From contig CAXHJY010000198.1 of the NCBI GenBank assembly GCA_964016885.1, positions 1 to 62,418 of the forward strand: 62,418 nucleotides of DNA, in the 5' to 3' direction. The notes beneath the pieces are model-generated. The model made no database searches. It was not told the DNA's origin and saw only the letters and a list, made by a program, of their open reading frames with translations. The DNA is from Eledone cirrhosa (taxonomy: Eukaryota). A program made the position numbers and the translations under genes. Positions 42,645 to 56,354 of this stretch are shown here, in pieces (within the stretch, counting starts at the first letter, position 1; every line of letters starts with the position of its first letter).

Positions 42645-44477
42645 CTATTTTGGTGTTGAAAGTGAAGAAAGAAAAGCACTTACCTCTCCGGGTTGCGTAA
42701 TTTCCATGGCATCAGGTGTGTTGGGTGGAGGGATGTTTTGTGGTGGTGTGGGGGTACACGTGTGTGGTGGGGTTGGGGTATTTGGAGTTGTGTCAGGGAG
42801 AGGGGCGGTTATGGGGAAATCTTTCAAGAGGACGCGATTCAACGGTTTTAAACAGGGGGGGCTCACGTCCCGTCTAAATTGTTCTTTTAAGGAACGATAA
42901 AGGTCCATAGGGACCTTTATCATTTTTAAATGGGTGAAGTTCTCTGTTGAGATAAAGTTTGGCCCTTCGGTCTGCACCATAGGGTTATTGTTTATTAATT
43001 TAACCAGTTTTTTGTTTTCTTTATTTATATATGTGTATTGCAACGTCTTTTTTTGTGATGCTGTCAATGTTTCGGAGAGGGGAGGCGCAGATTTATTTTT
43101 GTTTGTTGAGGGTGGGGTGCTTTTGATTGGAGTTAGTGTTTGTGTGTGGGTTATTTGTGGTGTGCTGGGTGTGTGTTTTCTTTTTTTTCTTTTAACTTGT
43201 CTGAAGGCTTCTCCTCCTTCTTCTTCAGAAGTTGGGGGAAACTCTTCAGCGCTAGGTGGGAGGGACGTGTTGTGTGATTGTTTTTTTTTTGCGGGAGGGG
43301 TAGATTTGTTACTGTTTTTTTTATTATTTGTTTGGAATGGGTTTTGTGGTGGTGGTGATAATGTTTGTGTCGTGCTTGTGGTTGGTGATGGTGGTGGTGA
43401 TGTTTGTGTTGTGGTTGGTGGTGGTGATTTTTGTGTCGTGCTTGTGTTTGGTGCTGGTGGTGGTGATGTTTGTGTTGTGTTTGTGGTTGGTGGTGTCTGT
43501 ATTTTGTTTGCTGTGTGTGGTATTAGTGTATTTTTGGAGGTGGGTGGTGTTGGTGTACTGTTTGTGATGGGTGTGGGCAATAGTCCTTTTTGGGGGATAC
43601 GTTTCGGGCAGTTAGCCTTAACGTGTCCCCTTTCCATGCATAAATAGCATGCTGGTCTTCTCCCCTCTACAATTATGTCTATTGGGGTAAGGTCATCTAG
43701 CCAGATGCGATCCGGGATTTGTGCTATTCTTTCGGGCCTCATTTGGACTAGTATGTCGAGGCCCATTCCCAGGAACGCATCTCCAGTTGCCTTCCCCATT
43801 GACAGCATTGTGTCTTCGCCCATATCAATGAAGCCAGCAATAGCCCACCAGAAGTCCATTGTGGGCAGCATTGTTTTTACTTTTACTCTCTGTGTTCTTC
43901 TACCCATGTAGGAGGGATAGAAGCTATATGTTGTCGACGAGAGTGGGCTTAGGGAAAGCTTCTCCGCCGTTTCTTTGTCTCTTGTTAGGACCGAAATGCT
44001 GCCATAGAGTCGGTCCTTTCGTATGAAGAGAATATTCTTCATATAGTCTTTTAGGACTAACTCTATTTCCATTTGGCTGGGCTGTGCTGGCTTTCTTGTC
44101 TGGTTCAGTATAGTTCTGTAGAGAACTGTGTTTTCTGCTCTGGCTTTCTTAAATTCTGGGGGGGAGTTAATGGAAAACATTCCGTTCTCCCCCAAAACAA
44201 TGTGTTTCTTTGCTTCGGCCAGTTTTTCTCTGGCGGCAGTTAGGTCAATTGGTGTGTATGTAATGGATTGTTTTGTTTTCTGGGCGAAAGTTGCCCTGTC
44301 GTTATTTGTATTATTTTCTGTTTGTTTGTTTTCTGTTTGCTCATTTTCCTTAACATTTGTTTTTTCATTTTGTTTGTTTGTTTCAATGTCTAATTTTGTT
44401 GTAATTATTTTTTGTTCTTCAGACTTGGGGGGCGTGGCAGAGCTAATGGCAGACATGTCTGCCATCTTTTCCGCCAT
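42645..44477 (-). CDS. ORF1: nucleic-acid-binding protein with CX2CX4HX4C zinc knuckle and Pro/Thr-rich repeats
   Basis: Open frame of 619 codons, first ATG at 44477; CYLCMERGHVKANC. Confidence 0.92.
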   Translation of the reverse strand: MAEKMADMSAISSATPPKSEEQKIITTKLDIETNKQNEKTNVKENEQTENKQTENNTNNDRATFAQKTKQSITYTPIDLTAAREKLAEAKKHIVLGENGMFSINSPPEFKKARAENTVLYRTILNQTRKPAQPSQMEIELVLKDYMKNILFIRKDRLYGSISVLTRDKETAEKLSLSPLSSTTYSFYPSYMGRRTQRVKVKTMLPTMDFWWAIAGFIDMGEDTMLSMGKATGDAFLGMGLDILVQMRPERIAQIPDRIWLDDLTPIDIIVEGRRPACYLCMERGHVKANCPKRIPQKGLLPTPITNSTPTPPTSKNTLIPHTANKIQTPPTTNTTQTSPPPAPNTSTTQKSPPPTTTQTSPPPSPTTSTTQTLSPPPQNPFQTNNKKNSNKSTPPAKKKQSHNTSLPPSAEEFPPTSEEEGGEAFRQVKRKKRKHTPSTPQITHTQTLTPIKSTPPSTNKNKSAPPLSETLTASQKKTLQYTYINKENKKLVKLINNNPMVQTEGPNFISTENFTHLKMIKVPMDLYRSLKEQFRRDVSPPCLKPLNRVLLKDFPITAPLPDTTPNTPTPPHTCTPTPPQNIPPPNTPDAMEITQPGEVSAFLSSLSTPK

Positions 44478-44708
44478 GCTGTCAAGAAAGAAATTTTTCG
44501 GCAAAAATAGATATTTATTTTACCCCCTAAAAAGAGGGTAAATGCAAAAATGTTTCCCTAAATAACAGGGGTTAGTGTTCCAAATGTGTTGCACTAAAAA
44601 ATTTATCCGGTACTTACAATAGTAAGGGTAAATCCCGATGGAATAGCGGAGCCGATGCGAAGCGTGTCTTACTCTATCAAGATAGATAGATAGATAGATA
44701 GATAGATG

Positions 44709-44747
<39 letters not shown>

Positions 44748-44748
44748 G

Positions 44749-44784
<36 letters not shown>

Positions 44785-44941
44785 TATAGATAGATAGATA
44801 GATAGATATCAATATCTATACAGGGCAATAAATGATTACAATTTCTGTTTATGTATTATTTATACAAACACACCCATTTTCTCTATCTCAATCTCCCCTT
44901 CCACATACGTGGGCAGAAACACACACATACGAAATATTAAT

Positions 44942-47045
<2,104 letters not shown>

Positions 47046-47163
47046 TAAATTTAGCGAGAATCGCATTTCGGCGGGTAGAAATTAGCGAAACGCAACTTCC
47101 GTATTGTGCAGACAAGCGCTCCATGGATATATATATATATATAAAAAGAAAAAAATATATATA

Positions 47164-47455
47164 TAACAAAGGAAATGTGGTAATGAACCAGATGGACCAT
47201 AACGCACCAAAGTACTCAATACTTAGGGTAGTAGAGTGGGAATAGGAACAAGTAGGACACCGACGGCAGAGCTCAAGCCGTTTCGACGGCTAATTCTGGA
47301 CAAAATGAACCTTTTTATCCTGGTAAATGAATAACCGAACTTCTCAGGGGGTAATTCCATACATGGTAACAGTGATTGTCACAAGGATTGGTCAAAAGTC
47401 CAGAATTAGCCGTCGAAACGGCTTGAGCTCAGCCGTCGGGGTCCTACTTGTTCCT
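47164..47455. mobile_element. PLE family B inverted pLTR remnant, the longest copy, with a hammerhead at 47257-47352 (-)
   Basis: Minus strand reads ACCCC-CTGAGAA-[long helix II]-GAAA-CGGC..GCCG-TC-GGTGT. Inverted arm at 47398-47455. Confidence 0.75.
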
Positions 47456-47483
47456 ATATATATATATATAAATATTTATACAG

Positions 47484-47515
<32 letters not shown>

Positions 47516-47629
47516 AATATATATACAGTATATATATAAATATATATACATATATAAATACACTATATATATATATAAATATATATAAATATATATAAAT
47601 ATTCCACAACAGGAGGAAAAAATATAACA

Positions 47630-47669
47630 CCACTGACGATGTTGCAGATGTGCAACGAAAGATTTATGT
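47630..47669 (+). ncRNA. Minimal hammerhead in a family-A-related pLTR (47600-47882)
   Basis: CA-CTGACGA-T-GTTGCA/TGCAAC-GAAA-GATT-TA-TG. The pLTR end ATGACCCTCCC.AAGTATAACAATA is shared with family A. Confidence 0.7.
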
Positions 47670-47878
47670 AAATTATGTAAACTATATATATGTGTTTGTG
47701 TCTATATTGTATCTGTATTATTTTTGACCGTCGGTCAGTCAATGGCAACATTGAGGACCGAGTAAGTTAGATCGCAGATATAAAAGACAGCGAGAAGCGA
47801 AAACCAACCAAACAGTGAGTGTGTTCTGTTATTAATTCTGGCAATATTACGCAAATATGACCCTCCCCAAGTATAACA

Positions 47879-47973
<95 letters not shown>

Positions 47974-48007
47974 TATATATATATATATAAATATATATAT
48001 AATATAA

Positions 48008-48194
48008 TTGTTTCTACGTTTGGCACAAGGCCAGCAATTAACCAGTGCATTACTGGTACTTTATTTTATCGACCCCGTAAGGATGAATGGCAAAGTTAAC
48101 CTCGGCGGGATTTGAACTCAGATTGGAAAGGGCCGTAACTCTATGCGTCAATGCATGGCGTCCGAGTCTCTACCGATACTGCCAATCTACCGCC
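48008..48194 (-). mobile_element. tRNA-derived SINE family 1, full length
   Basis: A and B boxes plus conserved body. Confidence 0.9.
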
Positions 48195-48240
48195 TTTAAA
48201 TAATACTAGCAGAGGCACCCGGCGTTGCTCGGGTATTAAA

Positions 48241-48660
48241 TTTCACTTCAATTTATTATAAATTTATAAATTTAGGAATTTATAAATTTCCGGTTGGTTG
48301 GTTGGTTCCACAACCAGATGGTTGTTTATATATTGCCAAAGTTCTTTCGTCACACATTATGTGACCTCTTCAGTGACTGGGGTTCTTTTCTTTGTTTTTT
48401 GTGCCTCTCTTTGTTCTGTCCTACGCCATCTTGTTTTGTGTTGCAACAAAGGAGAGGCACAAAAAACAAAGAAAAGAACCCCCAGTCACTGAAGATGTCA
48501 CAGAATGTGTGACGAAAGAACTTTGACAATATATAAACAACCATCTGGTTGTGGAACCAACCAACCGGCAATTTATAAATTTACTATAATAAATTGAAGT
48601 GAAAGCAACTGGTGCGTGTGATTCTTATTGGCAACATGACCCTCCCAAAGTATAACAATA
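48241..48660. mobile_element. Family A inverted pLTR pair with two hammerheads (48335-48378 minus, 48484-48528 plus)
   Basis: Palindrome centred near 48440; both arms match 26480-26760. Confidence 0.88.
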
Positions 48661-48661
48661 T

Positions 48662-48953
48662 ATATATATTGGTTAACGTAATAGAAAATGCTGACAAATT
48701 GTTCACAGTTGAAAAATGGTTTAATTAGGAATAAAAGAGTATTAGCTCTGATCAGAGCAAACAGCACGGACACTCTATCTCAAAATTATTTTTGAAAAGC
48801 ATTTAGAAATGCGCAACCGGTAAAAACTTAAAAACTTAAAACCACAACTGAATACTAACCCATACAATCACTAATACTCTTTTATTCCTAATTAAACCAT
48901 TTTTCAACTGTGAACAATTTGTCAGCATTTTCTATTCCGTTTACCAATATATA
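48662..48953. repeat. Inverted repeat with ~83-bp arms in TA context
   Basis: 48662-48744 is reverse-complementary to 48871-48953. Confidence 0.85.
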
Positions 48954-49042
48954 ATAACTTGTGTGTTACACCTCTATTCTTTTAACTATATATATAATAA
49001 ATTCCTTTTTTAACAAAAGCACTTTCATTTTATATTCATCCT

Positions 49043-49090
<48 letters not shown>

Positions 49091-49371
49091 AGAGAGAGAG
49101 TGATGCTTTGTACCGCTTCTGGTGGAAGGAGTGACCAGCAGTACGTTGTTCGGTATTATTACGAAAAGGTGTAGCAGAGAATACCGCGTGAACTAACAGC
49201 TCGGGAGGAAACTGCTTACCTCGAAGATTCATTTGCCATCGTTCTTATCAAAGATCCGTTTACATGGTGTTTGTTGGTCTACAGTTAGATGAATGGCGCA
49301 CGAAGAGTTAATGTTTATTGGCAAGAAGTTTTTTGAATAATAAAAGACGGTTTAAAGCGACCTACACTGTA

Positions 49372-49436
<65 letters not shown>

Positions 49437-49456
49437 TATATATATGTGTGTGTGTG

Positions 49457-50748
49457 AGGACAAACTTTTTCATATGTACCCATTTGCAGCGCCGCAGCTC
49501 CATTATTATCATATTTACACATATCTTTTCCTCCGCTGCCACCAGTCTGTTTCGTTCTTTGTGTCTTTACCCTTTCTAACAGTCTCTCTCTCTGTTAGCC
49601 TCTTCCTCACCTTTCACTCACTCACTCTCTGTCACTACCTCTCCTCCTCCCCTTTCTTCCCGTTTGACCTGTCCGTAATCCTTTTCTCGCGGGCACCTGA
49701 CCAAGCCGGTATGATTTTTTTTTTCTCTCTCTCTCGTCTGCGACTTCACAGAACTTATGTTTACCGAATTCGCAGACCAAACCCCTTCTTCCTCCCGTTA
49801 GACCTGTGCGAAATTCCTTCCTTGCTCACATTTCAACCAGGTTTGATGGTTTTTATTCTCTCGTTCACGATTCCACCGAATTTATATTCATAGAAATCTG
49901 GGACTTGTTTCCTTCTTCGTCACTTTCTGCTGCTTAAACCATTTTGTTTGTTTACCCTAGCGTCCCATTTTATTTACGTGTCGCAACGACTTTTTTTTAG
50001 CCGTTGCTCGCACCAACCTGAGGTATATGGCCTGTAATGCGACGAAATGCCTACGACGGTTGGATGGCCACTGATGAGGACAAACTTTTTCATATATAAC
50101 CCATTTGCAGCGCCGCAGCTCCATTATTATCATATTTACACATATTTTTTCCTCCGCTGCCACCAGTCTGTTTCGTTCTTTGTGTCTTTACCCTTTCTAG
50201 CAGTCTCTCTCTCTGTTAGCCTCTTCCTCACCTTTCACTCACTCACTCTCTGTCACTACCTCTCCTCCTCCCCTTTCTTCCCGTTTGACCTGTCCGTAAT
50301 CCTTTTCTCGCGGGCACTTGACCAAGCCGGTATGAATTGTTTTTCTCTCTCTCTCGTCTGCGACTTCACAGAACTTATGTTTACCGAATTTGCAGACCAG
50401 ACCCCTTCTTCCTCCCGTTAGACCTGTGCGAAATTCCTTCCTTGCTCACATTTCAATCAGGTTTGATGGTCTTTATTCTCTCGTTCACGATTCCACCGAA
50501 TTTATATTCATAGAAATCTGGGACTTGTTTCCTTCTTCATCACTTTCTGCTGTTTAAACCATTTTGTTTGTTTACCCTAGCGTCCCCTTTATTTAGGTGT
50601 CCCAACGACTTTTTTTTAGCCGTTGCTCGCACCAACCTGAGGTATTTGGCCTTTAATGCGACGAAATGCCTACGACGGTTGGATGGCCACTGATGAGGAC
50701 AAGCTTTTTCATATGCAGCGCCGCAGCTCCATCATTATCATATTTACA
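49457..50748 (+). repeat. ~620-bp tandem repeat, about 2.1 units
   Basis: GAGGACAA.CTTTTTCATAT recurs at 49457, 50076 and 50695. A related family member is inverted at 60951-62418. Confidence 0.9.
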
Positions 50749-50879
50749 TATATATATATGTATATATATATATAAATATATATATGTGTGTGTGTATATA
50801 TACATATATTTTTATGTGAATATTTATATATGTGTATATGTGTATATCTATATATGTGTATAATATGTATATATATATA

Positions 50880-52485
50880 TTTCCTTTCTGAATTTGTTTA
50901 GTAAGATTCTTTATCTGAAAACGTGTGTTGAAACCGATATTGTTATACTTTGGGAGGGTCATGTTGCCAATAAGAAACACACGCACAAGCTTTCACTTCA
51001 ATTTATTATAAATTAAATTCATAAATTTAGGAATTTATAAATTTCCGGTTGGTTGGTTGGTTCCACAATCAGATGATTGTTCATATCTTGTCAAAGTTCT
51101 TTCGTCACACATTCTGTGACCTCTTCAGTGACTGGGGATTCTTTTCTTTGTTTTTGTGCCCCTCCTTTGTTCTGTCCTACGCCAGCTTGTTTTTGTGTGT
51201 GTTGTGTGCTTTGTTTGCGCATGTGTTACATCCGGGTGTCTGTGTGTGTTTATATTTGTTTAGTTATTTGTTTATTTACATGTTACTGGTTGGTTGTTTG
51301 TTCCATGTGTGTGTTTTTTTCATTTTATCCTTAATTGTAAGTTGTGATGTTGCTGTTCCATTCATGTTTTCTATTTAATTTTGGTCGGAGTTCATTTATG
51401 TTTATTGCCTCTGTGATTTGTCTAAACATTGCGTCTTTTCTGTGTGTAGATTCTATTTTTATTTCTGTTCTCTAATTTACCCTTATGTTCTATTTTATCA
51501 TGTTGGTGGAGGACAGATGATTCTTTACTATCTTGAAGCTCTCGCCAGTGTTCATTTATCCGTTCCCCTATACTACGAGCTGTCTCACCTATGTACACTA
51601 TATTCTTATCTCTACATTGTCCTTCAGTACATCTTATGCTATATACTACATTTCTAGTTTTATAATTAATATGGGGGCTTAATTTACAGATTATACATTT
51701 CTTATCTGTACAGGGAGGTCTTTGAAAAGGGTATGTATTGCTAATAAGTCTTTTTATGGAGGTACCTGGTCTTTCTACTATCTTAATATTGAGTTTATAT
51801 TTGTCTAGGGCCCTTCTAAATGTGTAAGCTAATTAATCTCTAGGGGTTGTATCGATGAACATTACACTCTGGTATTTATTGCTATAATACCATGAGTTTA
51901 TTCTATTAGCCTTATTCCTAGTTCTTTCTATTCTATTCCAAAATTTGCTCCTATACAAGGGGCAGGTCCCATTTGTGTCATTATTTCCCATTTTTTCCCA
52001 TTTGGTTCTGGCTCCTCTATATACTCTGATTTTATCTCTCTGATTGTAACCAGAGAACTGCATACGGTGGATGAAGTGTTGTATGTGTCTCTCTAGTTCT
52101 TTTGGGTTGCACATGCAACCAACTAGTAACATGTAAATAAACAAATAAATAAACAAATATAAACTCACACAGACACCCGGATGTAACACATGCGCAAACT
52201 AAGCAAACTAAGCACACAACACACACAAAAACAAGATGGCGTAGGACAGAACAATGGAGAGGCACAACAACAAAGAAAATAATCCTCAGTCACTGAAGAG
52301 GTCACAGAAAGTGTGACGAAAGAACTTTGACAAGATATGAACAATCATCTGATTGTGGAACCAACCAACCAACCGGAAATTTATGAATTCCTAAATTTAT
52401 AAATTTAATTTATAATAAATTGAAGTGAAAGCACCTGGTGCGTGTGTTTCTTATTGGCACCATGACCCTCCCAAAGTATAACAAT
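50880..52485 (-). mobile_element. Family A PLE: pLTR + degraded GIY-YIG/RT end (minus) with an inverted pLTR at its 5' side (52115-52485); hammerheads at 51090-51133 (-) and 52288-52331 (+)
   Basis: Collinear with 26425-27657; inversion junction at ~52115. Confidence 0.9.
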
Positions 52486-52649
52486 ATATATATATATATA
52501 TATATATGTATATGTGTATATATGTGTGTGTATATGTATATATGTGTATATATATATGTGTATGTATATATAAGTATATATGTATATATATATGTGCGTG
52601 TGCGTGTGCGTGTGCGCGTGCATATCTCTCTGTGAATATAGCGAAGATA

Positions 52650-52901
52650 ATATATCAGCAATGACGTTTTGCAGACACCAGGCATACAGACAGATATTAT
52701 AAGAGCGCGACGGAGATAGATAAACGGCGCCTAACACCCTTTAACAACAGAACATTGAAAAAAAAAAGCGGCAGTTAATATCTTTAGACCGCTAGGAATA
52801 TATAAATGCAAGTTTGAAATCAATCGGAGTAGAAATGTGGATTTGTATAGACTTTGCAAAAATGAGGACACACAGACAACATCAGTTTTATATATATAGA
52901 T
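52650..52901 (+). mobile_element. Helitron-like element 3' portion (probable partner of the 5' start at 48204-48240)
   Basis: CATACAGACAGATATTATAAG module as at 8327/8927; ends CAGTTTTATATATATAGAT. Confidence 0.5.
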
Positions 52902-52915
52902 ATATATAATATAAT

Positions 52916-53190
52916 TGTTTCTACTATTGGCACAAGGCCAGTAATTATTCCAGTGCATTACTGGTACTTTATTTTATCGACCCCGTAAGGATGAAAGGCA
53001 AAGTTAACCTCGGCGGGATTTGCACTCAGACCATATATAGTATAATATAACATAATATAATTGTTTCTACTTTAGGCATAAGGCCAGCAATTACTCAGTA
53101 CATTACTGGTACTGTATTTTATCGACCCCGTAAGGATGAAAGTCAAAGTTAACCTCGGCGGGATTTGAACTCAGACTGTAAAGGGATGTA
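52916..53190 (-). mobile_element. Two tandem partial SINE family 1 copies
   Basis: Conserved body at 52916-53030 and 53061-53190. Confidence 0.88.
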
Positions 53191-53339
53191 AATAATATAA
53201 CATAGTATAATATTATATATATATATATATATTGAGTATATATATATTGAGTATATGTTGGTTGTTTATCGACACCTCAGTATGCAGATTGGTGCACTCG
53301 ACGAAGTACGCAAGTTAGTTTGGTTTTTCCGGAGTAATG

Positions 53340-53712
53340 TAAAATAAAAAAATTAAGTCAAATATTTAAAATTTGGCTTCGTTTATTAAAGGTGTACTTC
53401 TATATATATTTCGGTGACAGCCATCCTTGGCTGTGACCTCTTCAGGCAGTCCGAATTGGTGTGGTAGAGACAGGTTCACATGCTGTTGAAGTGTTTAACT
53501 CCGTCAATTCTCCGATATGCCCAGTTCCTGGTTGGGTTGTTATTTCTCTGAGGAACTAACATGTGTACCTGTCTCTACCACACCAATTCGGACTGCCTGA
53601 AGAGGTCACAGCCAAGGATGGCTGTCACCGAAATATATATAGCAATACACGAAATATATATAGCAATAAACGAAGCCAAATTTTAAATATTTGACTTAAT
53701 TATTTTATTTTA
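53340..53712. mobile_element. Inverted pLTR pair (family C) with hammerheads at 53396-53450 (-) and 53592-53646 (+)
   Basis: ACTGC-CTGAAGA-GGTCACAGCC/GGCTGTCACC-GAAA-TATATA-TA-GCAAT. Arms ~150 bp. Confidence 0.85.
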
Positions 53713-54253
53713 TATATATATGTGTATATATATATATATAGTTAGGTAAATGTGTGTTATTGTGTTTGTGTGAGTGTGTGTAGTGGTTACGTCTGTATCG
53801 TAGTTGGTTGTATATATGTATTTTTTCATATATTCACAATCTTGTCTTGTTGACAAACAACATTTTTAAAGCCAGACAAACAAGGAAAGTTAGCAAATCA
53901 TAGCGGAATAAAAATGTGATATCTAACATGATTTTTAACGAGATACATTCTAATTAGGGACTAGAATTCCCCGAAAACCCCATGTATACATGCACGTAAA
54001 GTGAACCCATGGATGAGATTCCACTAGAAATAACACCTAAATTTCTTTAAGCTTCGCAAACTACTGTCTTGAAAGAGAAGTCATTAGATAAGGTTGTCCT
54101 AGTTACACAGTAGAAAGATGGATTAGTCTTGGCTTGGCATTTCGTGTGTCTTTTTTTTTATTAAGAAGGATATAAATATGAAATTAAAGAAACAGAAAAA
54201 ATATGAATATTTTAAGCATTGTCATTATGGTGCCTAGAAAATAACGTTAATAA

Positions 54254-54652
54254 TGTTTCTACTTTTGGCACAAGGCCAGCAATTACCCCCAATGCTTTAT
54301 TTTATCGACCCCGTAAGGATAAATTCCAAGGTTAACCTCGGTGGATTTGAACTCAGAGCGTAACGGGCCATAACTCTACGCTGCAAAGCATAGTGTATGA
54401 CGCACTAACGATACTGCCATACCACTACAACGTATATTTAAAATCATAACTATGACATTATTAAACGCGGTGGATTGGCAGTATCGGTAATAGGGTCGGA
54501 CGCAATGCTTTGATGCATAGAGTTACGACCCTTGCCAGTCTGAGTTCAAATCCCGCCGAGGTTAACTTTGCCTTTCATCCTTACGGCGTCGATAAAATAA
54601 AGTACCAGTAATGCACTGGTTAATTGCTGGCCTTGTGCCAAAAGTAGAAACA
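54254..54652. mobile_element. Head-to-head inverted pair of SINE family 1 copies
   Basis: 54254-54428 (-) and 54467-54652 (+). Confidence 0.88.
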
Positions 54653-54859
54653 ATTATTAAACCCACAAAATCAAAAGACATAATAACAATGATATTGGAA
54701 ATAACAGTACTACACAACCTACCCGAATCTCTTCAAGAATGTTCGATCGTATTAACGTGAGAGGAGCGGTGTAATGTCAATGATGTTGCTACGTGCATAC
54801 ATTTACTCTACACAAAACATAATTGATAGAGATATATAAATAGACATGGAGACAGATAT

Positions 54860-55440
54860 GCTAGACAGGAGCGGCGTCTCAACACCTTCCATCTGAGGAG
54901 CCTGCAACGTATTCTGGGTATATCCTGGAAGGACAGTGCCCAACGCCGAGGTCCTTCCCAGCATGTTTACTTTCCTCCGGTAACGCAGACTACGCTGGCT
55001 AGGACACGCCCACCGCATGAATGATGGCCGCATCCCAAAATACATCTTATATGGGGAGCTGGCCTCTGGAAAGAGAGCCACCGGTCGACCTCGGCTGTGA
55101 TACAAGGATATTGTGAAGTGAGATATGAGGGCTATTGAGATCAACACAGAGTCCTGGGAGGGCCTTGCAGCTGACCGGCATAAATGGAGAAAGACCCTGA
55201 ATCAACACCTCAAATCAGCGGAGGAAAATTTGATGACTGCAGCAGCGGACGGGAGAGCCCGGCGAAAGGAGCGCAATAAATCAAACAGACCAGAGACCAT
55301 TATACAGATGTGTTCTATGTGACAGAGTCTGTTACTGAAGTATAAGTCTGTTTAGCCACCGGAGACGCTGCTCCAGCTGAGCTGATAACAGAATACTACC
55401 CATGGTCAGCCTTGACTGAACAAGGCCTTAAAAAAGAAAA
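54860..55440 (+). mobile_element. RTE-clade LINE 3' fragment, degraded
   Basis: LRWLGHAHRMNDGRIPKYILYGELASGKRATGRP, WEGLAADRHKWR, terminal C2H2-like remnant, A-rich end. Confidence 0.88.
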
Positions 55441-56040
55441 ATAGCAGATATATCCATCTCCAGATGATTTTCTGTTAGTGCAAATATGTGTATGCGAGTG
55501 TTTTATAATTTATAATGTATCTCTCAGCGTGTATGAAAAGAGAAAATGATATTTTTTATATGCAAATGATACAAACTCGTACCGACATATTTCATCGTAC
55601 AATTTATTTAATTTAATACAATAAAGTTTATTCTCTATAAAATTATGATTCCAACGAATTATAATTAAGAGGTAAAATATATTTCGTGGTGGAACTTGCA
55701 ACGCGATAGTTGATTTTGCGGTTTATTTACTTAAATATTTATATTTGAATAATTATATATTCCGAAGTCAGAAACGCATGCGTACACATGCAGTGAATTT
55801 CGCATTTATTATTATAGATTCTTCTTTGTATCGCTTATTCAAAGAGGAACTAAAGACTTCCGAGACTTCGTTGGGAATGAAGTTATACTCAAATCGGAGC
55901 CTTGTCCAGTATGTTTGCAACATTGACTAAAGTCACCCAAGTGTAAACAGGATGACGGTTGAGGTGTAGTACCTAAAAACTCATATATATATTATATACA
56001 TATTTAATATATGTATTATATATAGATATGTGTATATGTA

Positions 56041-56071
<31 letters not shown>

Positions 56072-56274
56072 TTAATTTATGTATTATTATATATAGGTAT
56101 TTATGATGTATATATATATGTGTGTGTGTGTGTATGAGTGTTTATCCCGGGTTCAATCGGGGGGGGGGGGTAACTACAGTAAGTGAGGTACTCAATACAA
56201 AGCAGAGTATACATATTTAATATAGAAAAGCTTCTACAGGACTATATATTATATATTAAAAAAATATATAAATA

Positions 56275-56349
<75 letters not shown>

Positions 56350-56354
56350 CACAT

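Larger units (their letters stand above)
38979..44680 (-). mobile_element. Full-length Tx1-clade retrotransposon, copy B, head-to-tail with copy A
   Basis: Near-identical to copy A with offset 5804/5799/5794. GATA tracts at 38887-38978 and 44681-44807. Confidence 0.97.

Noticed and set aside
33309-44541. Plus-strand and alternate-frame ORFs over the Tx1 copies (for example 42934-43647, 237 aa)
   Set aside because: Antisense shadows of GC-rich or low-complexity coding sequence.
54467-54560. tRNA gene
   Set aside because: A and B boxes are present but there is no cloverleaf, and it is attached to the SINE body in many copies.
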